Of a stretch of 64,000 bases of DNA, positions 30,470 through 43,672 are shown one piece after another; position 1 is the first letter of the stretch, and every line of letters begins with the position of its first letter. The notes below the pieces were generated by a model. The model did no database searches. It was given only the letters and a program-made list of their open reading frames with translations, and had not been told where the DNA came from. Source of the stretch: the human T2T-CHM13v2.0 reference genome, Homo sapiens. Made by a program: the position numbers and the translations under genes. Where the stretch lies: assembly GCF_009914755.1 (NCBI RefSeq), contig NC_060937.1; one strand, written 5' to 3'.

Positions 30470-33400
30470 TTATTAGTGCACAATAAAAAGTGGATACTCA
30501 GTAAGTTGTGTCTAAATTAATAAATTGATGAGTGAGTAAATATCGTACCTGTCCATGCCTATATAATCAGACTTTTATCTGCTTACTTATCATTCTTGCT
30601 TCTTAATGTATTAAACTTGTCTCTGTGGACAAGCATACTATTTTTATCAGTTTCAATAATTTCATTCCAATTCATGTTCGTTTAACAAAATTATATTTTA
30701 GTTATATGAACATAGTTAACATTTGTTAGAAAACAGAAAAAGTGAAAAATTAAATGTATTTGCCTTTTCAGTCAATTTTTTTCATGTTCAAAGTTACGTG
30801 AAACTTTCCTCAATTTTTTGTTTACCTTAATTAAGAATTTTATTTTCTCATCTAAAGTTCCTTTTTCACTTAACCTTTCCCATTCACATCATAGCTGCCT
30901 CCATGAAATACCTAGGACGGTTAAATTTGGCCACAGATTCTGACTTTTCATAATTGCAATTCAGATTCCCCTGAACAGAACCCAGCTTTAATTCCACAGT
31001 GGTTCCAAACCTTTTACTTAAAACTCTAAGTATCCAGATCCAGCTCTGATTACTTCTCTAAGTAGACTATGCTAGGTGAGATGCATAAGGCCCTTAAGAG
31101 ATACAAGTGTTTTCCATATTCCAAAACTGTCTTTTTTTCTAAGAGTGATTTTATTTCAGGGAGCCCCTCCACAGACTGCATGAATAACAAGTGCATAATT
31201 TTTACATTCATGAAGTATAAATCTTATGTTCTTTATAAAAACTGCAATTACAGCTTTTACAGATTTTAACATTTAGTAAAACTTCATTGGCACCATCACA
31301 TGGCTTCTGACTTGATCACTAGAACTGTGTATAGTAGTGTTTACATTGTTAATTTCACTCATACTCTAATATGCCATGTTATTTTGTTATTTAAAATTAT
31401 AATCTAACACACATGATGATAATTTTCAATTTCCACTCATTTAATATTATACGATATCAGAAACTTCAATATAAGTAAAATATGATTGCAAAATTTCTGA
31501 TTTTACAATGCATTAATCTCACCTTTTAACTCCAAGGAAATCCAAGAAAGAAAGAAAAAAATCAGGGTAATATTGAATTTATTCTAATATTTTTTTAAAA
31601 AATGCATTTTAAAATGTTTAGTACTTCATTGGTGATAATACATTGTTTACAAGCTACTGCACAATGGACTCTAATTGCTTATCTGTATTTGAACCATGCT
31701 GCTTTGGAAAATAATTTGGCAAATATCAAGTTCTTCCTTATATTATATTTATAGGTGTGTTTATATGATTGGATGCTTTCTTTTTCTTCCTAGGGTTTAA
31801 GTCATTTTTAAACTCTGCAGGGCTAATTCAAAATTAACCAAAACATCAAAATTATACAATGTTGTTTTCATCAGAAAAACACCCACTGAAGTATAGGTTA
31901 TAGAAAATACTTATTATCAGAATTGATTATCAAGCTTTAGTTAGAGGACGGATTAATGGACACAAAGACAGGCTGAACAAATCAATAATTGTCTATGAGG
32001 ACTAATTAATCAGCATAGAAACAGAATGAACAAAGCAACAAGTATTTATTTTGGCCAGTTAGAAGAACAAAAACAAAAAAACCTTGATATATTTCTTGGA
32101 TAAAAGATTAATAAAACACCATTTGCCCTCAGGGATTGCAATGTCTTTTAGAAATATAATCTCAGCCAAAACATACAAATTTTTGAAATGGGTTAAATTT
32201 CATAAATGTAAGTGTGAATAGGGAAATCAATGAAGATATTGTGTACTTACCTCACCATAAATATAGTAAGTTGGGGATGACGTGAAATGACCTTTTCAGA
32301 AGTGAATATTAAATAAATACAAATTCTGTAGTGTGTTTTATGTTAACATTTACAGAGTTGTTATAACTTGTCATTCAAAAGCTGCTGCTTCACGTTAGCT
32401 CCTTCACCTATTGTGATAAACCTCATTGTCATGGTTGTAATGTTTCATGTTTTCCATTTTTCATTAATATTCACTTAACTATAAACTTCACAGGGTAAGA
32501 GACTATTGCCTACCGTTGTAGTTGTAGTGCCTAACACGGTATCTGGTACAATACATATATTCTGAAAAAAATACAGAAATACAATAAATAATTAACTTAG
32601 CCACCTGCTAATGCTAATGTGCCACAGATTTGGCTGGCGATCCACGACTAAGGACTAAAGCAGGGTGAGAGAAACTGAATACTAGAAAATATCTCCTTGG
32701 CACAGTTGCCTGGGCACTAAGTCTACAGTCTGATAAATTTTGACTAATGTGTACATGTATGAAACTACCACCCCATCTTACATTTTATTTCTATCATCTA
32801 TGAAAGTTTCCTTGAACCCCTTTGCAGTCAACCCTCCTTCAGATTATTATTTAATTATAGTAATGAAGAGTGCATTATAAGAATAATTCAGGGTTTAAAA
32901 GGATAGAGAGGGTGATTTTGGCAAGTCGATAGGTCATAATCTTATCATCCAGACTTGATACTCTAACCCTGTTTATTTCAAGACCAGAGCCCCCAGGAAC
33001 AGTGATACTTGAATATTGGCCTAACCACAGTTCTTCCTTCAGTGATTCTTTTGTGACTGTAGAAAAAAATATTTTAACTATGCTGCATACATTACCAAAG
33101 GCCAAATTAAATATTATGTAAGTTACTAAAAATTGACCATACTTTTTTTTGCAGGATTTCATATCCCTGGGTGACTGAGGGTCAAGAACTTGCCTATAAC
33201 AGATGACAGTGGCATCATAGCCAACTCCAGATTCTTAGTCAAATCACTCTAGATCATGGCATGCTAGCCAATTCTCCTACACCTTGAGACATATTAGGGA
33301 AAGCACAATAGAGTGGGGAGATATGGAAAGCATTTGATTAACAGTGGAAGGCTGAATAAAGAGGTGTTTACCTATTCTTACTACAATCAGTGACAAGAAA

Positions 33401-34199
33401 ACAGCCATTCTTTCATGTAACTTCATCTTTTATTAACACTGGAAAAGACATCTTGCAGCAGCAATTACCATTTAACACAAAATTTTAAGGACAGCAGAAA
33501 ATTTTAGGGAACAAAAGATTTCCCTTTGGATTTTATTCTTTTAGTATATGTGCTTGGAGACAACAAACTGTAAAGAGGAGTAATGTAAATCTGTCCAAAC
33601 CAGAACATTTGCAGTTTTACTTTAATGCCAAAAACAGTGCCTTTGTTCAATGACACCTGAACATCAGTTTATGTAAAGGCTTAGCAGGTGGATTAGCAGA
33701 TGGTAGTCAGAATTCCCAAGTTTACCACTAATATTCATTACTTCATCAAAACCAAGATGAAAAAAAAAAACTATTTAAAAGACAAGGCTAAGCATATATC
33801 AAGTCCTATTATGTAGACTAGTGAGCTAAATTTTGCATTCTACAGTGATTATCTGGGGGAAATTAAGGCATTAACTAAAGACATTGATAAATATTTCTAT
33901 CAATTTGCTCAGACAAAAATGTTTTTTAAACTACAGACTATAGCATAATTATTCAAAATAAACAGTAATTAACTGAACTAAATCAAGCAACACAAGGGTT
34001 TGCAAATTTGCCCTGTGGTTTACCAGCTGTGCTTTTTACTGTCTGCACTGTGAATTTACACTCATGCTTCGAGTTCTCAAGAGGTGGTAGAAAATTGAAG
34101 TGTGTTTTAGAAGCATATTAAGCAAGGGTAAAGTTACTAATTTAGTCTGTCTAAGTCATCTAGCAATGAGAGATTTACTTTTTTAAAAATCAGTATGAA

Positions 34200-34285
34200 G
34201 CAAGTTTAACGAGCCTTTATTGAATACCTACTATACGCTGAGAGCTATGTGAAACCTAGAGATAAGAACTTAAGTAAGACATGTA
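34200..34285 (-). mobile_element. L2 3' end fragment
   Basis: tttattgaatacctactat...taagacatg. Confidence 0.55.
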
Positions 34286-35129
34286 GAGTGCAAATAGAAT
34301 AAAAATGGAGATAGAATAAAAATTTTGATGCGTGATTTATATACAGGTCAATGAGTTATGACATCAGAGAAATGAGCAGAATTCCTCTTCAGTGCTACAT
34401 TAAACACTGCTTTGGGAATCAGAAACTCTGTTTACTACCTCCATTTTGGCCATGGATTCATAGTCCTTCGTTGGTAATGAGAAACATTTATTCCAGAGAC
34501 TGATAATGTTGGGAGAATTTTCTCTTATTTGATTCTTCTTATCATTAGAAACTGGCCTTACCAACCCTGCTGCCAAGAGTCCTTGTCAATGTCAAAGCTG
34601 GAATTATAACGGGTAATTTGCCTAGCACATCACAGCCTATGCTAAGCTCTTAGATTTTTATTTGTAACCACAATCCATCCATGTTTTACCTTTGATGAAA
34701 GTGGCCAAATTTTATCATAACAGAATGAAAAATAGTCATTTTATATAACAGCTCTAAAATAATAATCTATTTGCCTATCTAGACATATTCGCTTATTCAT
34801 AGAGTTGTGTTTTCTTTACGATTCCAGGAGCATAAGTCTTTAGTGTTTTAAGTATAAAATAAAATTTATCAAGCACTTTGTAAGCTCTAGGCACTCACTA
34901 GGCTCTTGGGAAATAACATTAAGAGAACGAAGTCCTGTACTCCAGTTTCCGCAAGATTCAGCTTTATAAATGGTTCAGCTTGACAAACCTGTTATTACGT
35001 GATCATCCAGTTACTGAACAAGTATTCAATGTCAACCTAAAACACACTAATAAAAACTGAGAAAACATGTTCCAGCATTTAAAAATTATACTTTGGAAAG
35101 AAAAAGGTAACATGTGAAAGTACCCTCTA

Positions 35130-35340
35130 CTCATTGTTTATTGTATGTAATACATTGAACTAATAGCATTAATTCATTTAATTTTCACAACACCCTGTGA
35201 GGTAGGTACTATTTTTTACTATTCTTATTCCATTCTTATTTTATATTGATATCTATGTTTTAGGTAGAATATTAATGATATGTGAAGGGGAAAGAATTGT
35301 CAAATGTCACACAGCCACTAAGGGTTACATAGGGACTTGG
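35130..35340 (-). mobile_element. MIR SINE (degenerate)
   Basis: ttcatttaattttcacaacaccctgtgaggtaggtactatt...gtcacacagc. Confidence 0.6.
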
Positions 35341-35509
35341 ACCTTGTATGGGGAAAGCCGGTGGAGAACGAAGGGTAAGCATGATACGCAGATGATCTCA
35401 GGCCCAGGCTGTGGTTCAAATAAGGCAGATCATTCGAGTGGAATTCCTTTGGCCAGGAAGGATAAAAGGGCAGGCGGTCTTAGTACAGGGGCTCAGATGA
35501 CATATTTTG

Positions 35510-35536
35510 ACAACAACAACAACAACAACAACAACA
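35510..35536. repeat. (AAC)n microsatellite
   Basis: Directly visible. Confidence 0.85.
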
Positions 35537-35935
35537 AAAAGGTTCTTGATGTGGCTTTGAATTCCATATCTCTTTGAAAGAATCTGAAATAAACAATCAA
35601 TGAGACTTTCTAAGAGCTGCTGGAATCCAGAACTGATAATGAGACCAGTGAGAGCCACCATCTTTTCCTGTTTCCTCCACCATAACCATTATGCCATCAT
35701 AACCATTGATCCAATAATATGACAACCAGTGGAGCAAAATTTTACCCAAACATAGAAGGATGTATTGAAGAACTGGGAAGCTACAATTATCACCTCACAA
35801 AGTCTAGTAAGAAGGAAAATTCCAGAAATATTGGCAAGTCTACAGTATACACTGTTTCTTTTCAAATGTTTATTTGATCACGGTAAATCACATGTTGTTC
35901 ACTAACGTTTTAGTATAAGTAAAAAAAAAAAAAAG

Positions 35936-36290
<355 letters not shown>

Positions 36291-37756
36291 TTATGATTTT
36301 ATTAGGACCTGTATACAATTTATTAGACACATTAAATTACTTATTTCTTATACAGTGGCACATATTTGAGTTTCAGACCCAAAGTTAAGTTTCACAAATG
36401 TTACCTCAGCTACAATGAACTTCCAATATTATATTTCCAGTAATTTTATACAGTGGGTATGCACATGCTACAGTGTGTAAAAATGTGCCTATTTTGTGAG
36501 TGGAAATAGAGCTGTTTCTGTTTATCCCTAAAAATCTAAATCGCTTGTGGCTTTATGTTAATTCTGATATGTTAGTTTAGTAATAAATTCATGTAAATAA
36601 TTTAATAGATTATCTTGTTTGCTAATGCTATCAGTTTTTCCTCCACATAAAAATAACAAACATGCAGTTTGAAATTTAAGAACTTAGCTTATGGGTGAAA
36701 AATGTCTTAGGGGCTCAGTCTCGTCGTGGGGGAGGAGGCACACTTTCCTGAGTTTTACCTCCAGGAGCCCTACAAGGTTCTTACTGTGAAGATCTGAGGA
36801 AAAAGCCTTCTTGCTTCTGGCAGAGAAAGAAGAAAAAAAGCAACTATATCAAAATGTCTTAGGAGCACTCTGTTCTCCTTAACAAGGCCTGACCTCAAGG
36901 CAAACTATTAAACTATTTTGCCAGAACTAACCTATTGAGATTTTATCAAAATCTAATTGACCTGAAGGAAGTGAAAAATACTCAGCTCTGGCTCACTAAA
37001 AGACGGAGACCTAGTCATAAGGCTCTAGAAAGCTCCCACAAGCCCCATACGCTACCATCACATCAATAGTGGTCCTGTATAATAAAAAGGAGATTACAGC
37101 TAACAAACACTGAAAGCCTTTGACACTATTTAAGTAGGTTCTAGGAACATCCAAAGATAATAGGTCAGACAAAAACAGGGGCACCAGAAGGAGTCTTAGC
37201 CAGTGAAACCATAACTATAGCAAATAGTAAACACATATCAACTCCTATCAAGAGAAACATAAAGCCTCAGTTTCTTTTAACTGATAAATCATGTATGTCT
37301 TTTAACAAAAAATTACAAGGCATGCTAAACAGGCAAAAACAAACAACCAAAACCACAAAGGGACAAAGTAAACATCATAACCAGACTCAGATATGGCAGA
37401 GAATTCAGAATTATAAGACTAAGAATTTAAAAGGATTAAATGGTAATAGAAGACAACATGCAATAGCAGATGGATAATATAAGCACAGTGAAGGGAACTC
37501 TAAGAAAGAATGAAAGAAATGCTAGAAATGAAAAACTCTGTAAAAGAAATGAAGATTTCCTTTAATAGGCTCATCGGAAGACTGAACAAAACCAAGGAAA
37601 TAATCAGCAAGCCTGAAGATATGTCGATTTAATCTTCCAGACTAAAATGAAAAGATTTTAAAAAATATAAAATCCAAAGCTGTGGGACAATTACAAAAGA
37701 TGTGGCATATGTATAATGGAAAAACAAGGAGAAAAATGAGAGAAAGAAGCAGATGA

Positions 37757-38031
37757 GGCCGGGCGCGGTGGCTCATGCCTGTAATGCCAGCATTTTGGGA
37801 GGCCGAGGCAGGCAGATCACGAGGTCAGTAGATCAACATCATCCTGGCTAACACGGTGAAACCCCGTCTCCACTAAAAACACAAAAAATTAGCTGGGTGT
37901 GGTGGCGGGCACCTGTAGTCCCAGGTAGTTGGGAGGCTGAGGCATAAGAATGGTGTGAACCCAGGAGGCAGAGGTTGCAGGGAGCCGAGTCCAGCCTGGG
38001 TGACAGAGTGAGACTCGTCTCGAAAAAAAAA
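37757..38031 (+). mobile_element. AluY/Sc-like SINE with ~15-nt right-arm deletion
   Basis: TSD aaagaagcaga(t/a)ga at 37743-37756 and 38032-38045; gccgag|tccagcc junction. Confidence 0.92.
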
Positions 38032-40839
38032 AAAGAAGCAGAAGAAATAATTATAGTAATAATTATTGCGAATTTTCTAAAGTTAATGGCAGACACCAAA
38101 CCACAGATCCAGGCATATAAGAGAAAAGCAAATAAGATAAACATCAAGATTCTTCACCTAGGCATATCATTCATAATAAAACTTCAGAAAATCAAGGAGA
38201 AAGAAGACATATTGGAAGAAGCCAGGAAGAAGGGGGAAGCATGTATCTATAGAAGAACAAAGATAAGAATTACATTGAACCTTCACTCAGAAACCATGCA
38301 GGCAAAAAGAGAGTGGAGTAAAATATTCAAAATGTTAAAAGACAGAAAGAAAAACCCACCAATGTAGAATTCCATCCCTAGAGAAATTATCCTTCAAACA
38401 TTAAGGAAAAATAAAAAAATTCTTAAACAAAAATACAAAGAATTTGTTGCTAGTAGGTCTACCTCATAAGAACGTTAAAGAAGTTATTCAGAATAAAGAA
38501 AAATCATACAGATAATAAATTCAGGCCTACATATAGAAAGGAAGAATGCGGGAGAAGAAATAAAAGTTAAATAAAAACTATTAATAACAGCAACACTGTA
38601 TTTGTTGGTTCTAGCTCATGGATAAGCGAACTAACTGATAATGATGTTATAAGTAACAGGAGAAAGGACATGAGAAGGTACTTCTACTACCTGTGAAGCA
38701 GTAGAGTGTTATTGCAATGGGGACTTGAATTACTTATAAATGTAAATTGCAAAACCTAGGGAAACCATTTTTTTTAAAGAACTATAATTGATAGACTAAT
38801 AGAGGAGAAAATTGAATTATATAAAAATATCAGTTAAAATAAAGGGAAGGCACAAAAAATCGGAAGACAAAAAAGTAACAAGGGAAATATGTAGAATACA
38901 GTTACAAACATGGTAGGTAGAAATAAAATTATTAATAATCACTTTAAATATGAATATTCTAAATCCAACAATTAAAAGGCAGAGACTCTGAGACTTGAAA
39001 AAATTAATAAATAAAATAAATCCATTTTAAGTAAAATGACACATAGAGATTAGAAGTAAGCAACGGGGAAAGATATACCAGGCTGGAGTAGCTATATTAC
39101 TTTCACACTAAACAGACTTAAAAATTAGAAGATATAAAGAGCAGCACTACATGATAAAAGGGTGAAATTTCTAAGAAGACACAACAGTCCTTTATATATA
39201 TGTACCTAGCAGCAGTGTCAAATATGTGAGGCAAAAACTGACAGAACTCCAAGGAAAAATAGATAAACCCCCTATGTTACAGACTTCAATGCACCTCTGT
39301 AATGGAAAGATACAGCAGGCAGAAAATATGTAAAAGAGTGGTTGAACTAAATAACAGCATCTAACAGACATTTGTAGAACAGCAGAATATGCGATCTTCT
39401 CAAGCTCACATGAAACACTCACCAAGACACATCGCATTGCAGGCCATAAAACTGACCTTAACGAATCAAAAAAAGAAAAAAATCAGACATCATGAAAAGT
39501 ATGCTCTCAGACCACAATGTAATTAAAATAAAAGTCAATAAAAAAGGATAACTGGAAAATCTCCAAATATTTGGAGTTATTGGAGACTCCTAACTAACAT
39601 ATAGATCAATAAGAAATTTTAAGGTAAACCTAAAAATATTTTGGGCTAAATGGAAACAAAAATTTAACCAATCAATATATGTTCAAAGCATGGAATACAG
39701 TACATACAGCAAAATTGGAAGTATGTCTATAAAGACCTAAAATTAATAATCTATTCTTCAGCCCCCCAAAACTGGAAACAGAAGAGAAAATTAAGCCTGA
39801 AGTAAGCAGAAGAAAATGAATAATAAAATTCACAACAGAAATCAATTTAATTGAAACCAGGAAAACAAAAACAGGGAAGATCAAAGAAACCAAAAGCTAG
39901 CTTGAAGATTTATAAAGTCCTACTCAGACTAACCAAGATGAAACAGAGAACGTGCAAATTACTAATATCAGAAATAAAAGAGGGGCCATCACTATTGATC
40001 CCATAGACATTAACTGTATAGCTAAGAAATACTATGCACAACTCTGCCCACAAATTTGGTAACTTAGATAAAATGGACCATTTTCCTGAAGGACACAATT
40101 GACCAAAACTCACCCAAGGAAAAATAAATATCTGTGTAGTTTTTAAATAAATTGAATAAAAAACTAATAACTTTCCAAAATGGAAGGTACAGAATGCCCA
40201 GATGTTTTTACTGGTGAATTCTACTAAATAGTTAAGGTAGAAATGATGCCATTTTTCTACAATTCATTTTTGAAAATTGAAGAAATATTTTCTAATCATT
40301 CTGTGAAGTCATGAGGTCAGTATCCCAGTAAAACCAAAACCAGACAATGATGTTACGAAAAAGAAAACTACAGATCAATATCTGTCTTGTAGATATGTGC
40401 GAAATCCTCAATGAGATATGAGCACATCAAATAGAAAAATGTATAACAATAATTATACACCTGTGGCCAGGTAGAACCTATCCCAGGCATGCAAAGATGC
40501 TTTGTCATTCAGAAAACAATTTGTGGAATACATCAATCACATCAACAAACTGAAGAAAAAAAAAGGGGGATTATATCAATAGATGCAGAAAAGCATGTGA
40601 CAAAATCTGTCATCTATTTATGATAAAAGCGCTCAGCTGGTGCTAAGTGTTGATGGAAACTTTTTCAACTTGGTAAAAAACTTTTATTTAAAAAAAAACT
40701 ACACCTAGGATCATACTAATGGATTAAGTGTGAGAAACTAGATGCTTTCTCCCTAAGAAACAAATCAAGGATTTCCCCTCTCACCATTCCTATGCAACAT
40801 CAAACCAGAAGTTCTAGCTAATGGAATAAGAGAAGAAAA

Positions 40840-41439
40840 AAACTAGTTTGACCATTGTGGAAGACAGTTGGTGATTCCTCAAGGATCTAGAACTAGAAAT
40901 ACCATTTGACCCAGCCATCCCATTACTGGGTATATACCCAAAGGATTATAAATCATGCTGCTATAAAGACACATGCACATGTATGTTTATTGCAGCACTA
41001 TTCACGATAGCAGACTTGGAACCAACCCAAATGTCCATCAATGATAGACTGGATTAAGAAAATGTGGCACATATACACCATAGAATACTATGCGGCCATA
41101 AAAAAGGATGAGTTCATGTCCTTTGTAGGGACATGGATGAAACTGGAAACCATCATTCTCAGCAAACTATTGCAAGGACAAAAAACCAAACACCACATGT
41201 TCTCACTCATAGGTGGGAATTGAACAAGGAGAACACTTGGACACAGGAAGGGGAACATCACACACTAGGGCCTGTTGTGGGGTTCGGGGAGGGAGGAGGG
41301 ATAGCATTAGGAGATATACCTAATGTAAATGATGAGTTACTGGGTGCAGCACACAAACATGTCACATGTGTACATATGTAACAAGCCTGCACGTTGTGCA
41401 CATGTACCCTAAAACTTAAAGTGTAATAAAAAAAAAAAA
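40840..41439 (+). mobile_element. 5'-truncated L1PA3/PA4-like 3' end
   Basis: Well-preserved ORF2 C-terminus (WIKKMWHIYT.EYYAAIKKDEFMSF..SLIGGN), primate 3'UTR, poly-A. Confidence 0.93.
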
Positions 41440-41449
41440 TGTAGGCAAT

Positions 41450-41673
41450 AGCCCAGGCCATCACAGTGAGACCTTGTCTCTACAAAAAATTCTTCTAAAA
41501 ACCCGGGTGTGGTGGTGTGCACCTGTGTTCTTAGCTGCTTGGGATGTTGAGGTAGGAGGATTGCTTGGGCCCAGCAGCTAGAGGCTGCGGTGAGCCATGA
41601 TCGTGCCACTGCACTTTAGCTTGGGTGAGAGGGTGAGACCTTGTCTCAAAATAAATAAAAAGAAAAAGAAAAA
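41450..41673 (+). mobile_element. Partial AluJ SINE
   Basis: gtgagaccttgtctctacaaaaaa...ggaggattgcttgggccc...gagccatgatcgtgccactgcac. Confidence 0.88.
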
Positions 41674-41698
41674 TTGAAATGCAGGAGAGCAAACATAA

Positions 41699-42019
<321 letters not shown>

Positions 42020-42419
42020 CATAAAAATTTTGATATTCAGCATGATTTGAAGAATTAAGAGATTTGGCCATAGTGGGCCCATTATATCTCCATAGCCACA
42101 TGAGCTGAGACTGAGTAGGACTGTTTCATGTAGAAGTACTACCATCTCTCGGCATCACTACAGTTGCCACTCCTTTCTGTCGTCTCTCTGGTCCCTCTAT
42201 AATCTCGGATCTAAGGTGATGCCATTTGGGCTTTTCAGTTATGACAGGTATGGTTAGTTAGGATGCCCAACTATATTTACTGTCTCCTCTTAGATAACTT
42301 AAAAGTGGTACTCCCCACCCCCACATCTACCTCATCTCACTCATATCCCACCACTGATTGATTATCGTCCACCCAAGAGATTCCAAGAGGGCATTCCAAA
42401 GGGGACACAGGTATTAGAT

Positions 42420-42580
42420 GCAAAAAAGAGATCCTTCATCAAATAAGTTTAAGAAATGTAGGGTTAAACAATGATAAACATGTTTCCTTGACACAGAATT
42501 TCTCAGAGCCTTTAATATTCTGATGTAGTAGGCAACATTTTCCAACACCCAACTTTTGTTTGGAGAGCATTTTCAGCAAG
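42420..42580. mobile_element. MER103-like ancient hAT-Charlie fragment
   Basis: aaataagtttaagaaatgtagggttaaacaa...ttctcagagcctttaatattctgatgt. Confidence 0.6.
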
Positions 42581-42850
42581 CCATATTCAGTGAAACTTTA
42601 ACCCGAGCAAGCAAGAAAAAAAAAAAAATTATGCTGTTGATCATAGCCAGTACAATAAAGCAATAAATTAAAATAAAAAACATAAGAACTCAAAAAATAA
42701 ACAAATTTATCACTATTCACAGCATGATTGTGTAGATAAAAAATTTTAAATTCTGTAGACAAATTCCTATAATAATTTTAGTAAAAAATCAATATATGCT
42801 CCAGCTACAAATACTTAGAAAATGAAAATTTAAAATACCATTTATAATAA

Positions 42851-43200
42851 TGGAGGGGCCAGGGGAAAGCTTACCCTCTACCCTCCAAAGATTCACTGAA
42901 AATGAACTGACAAAAGTCAGATTAATAGGAAGAAAAGGCATACAAAATTTATGTTAACATGTTTATGTACATGGGGGCCATACACAAATTATGAGACTTG
43001 AAGAGGGGCTAGATGATTGAGACTTAAATACTCTCTTCATAGGGGAGAGATGTATGGATTTGGGAGGCACACTTTATTTTGTAAATGATTCTCTTTGGAA
43101 GCTGGATGGGACAAGTAAAGGGGAAGGCAAGGGGTAGAACTGCACAAGAGCAAAGGTAATCTCTTAGAGCTGCTCTCAGAATAAATTAAAAATTTGTCTG
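42851..43200 (-). mobile_element. Partial ERV1 (MER4-group-like) LTR
   Basis: ttcactgaaaatgaactgacaaaagtcagattaataggaagaaaaggcatacaaaattt resembles MER4-group LTR ends; exact family not assigned. Confidence 0.55.
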
Positions 43201-43374
43201 GAAAAAATAAAATAAAAAAATAAAAGCTATAAAAATTGAAAAGGAAGCAATAAATCTATCTTTGCTCACAGATAACATAATTTTCTGTATAGAAAATTCC
43301 CACAAAATTTTATTTAAAAAAACCTTTTTGTTAAAACTTATTTGCTCAAAAACAACTGAAGCAAATAACAATTA

Positions 43375-43435
43375 ATATATATATAATTATTGCATACTTA
43401 TATATTGCATACATATATATATACCTGTGTGTGTA

Positions 43436-43467
<32 letters not shown>

Positions 43468-43672
43468 CACACACATATATATAGGACTTACATATATATA
43501 TATGTATATATATATAGGACTTTTATATATATACCTATGTGTGTGTGTATATATATATACACACACATGTGTATATATGAAAATTAAACCTGAATTACAC
43601 ACACATAGGTGTATATATATACACACATACACACACATATATATATATATACATATATATGTATATATATAT
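43375..43672. repeat. Compound (TA)n/(CA)n/(TG)n microsatellite
   Basis: About 300 bp of mostly alternating purine-pyrimidine sequence within L1 ORF2. Confidence 0.92.

Noticed and set aside
33140-33300. Acceptor-like ttttttttgcag| at 33154
   Set aside because: No convincing downstream donor or reading frame; such motifs are common in AT-rich DNA.
35275-35661. 100-aa ORF in a slightly GC-richer patch
   Set aside because: Overlaps a MIR remnant and the (AAC)n repeat; no recognisable homology; too few CpGs for an island.
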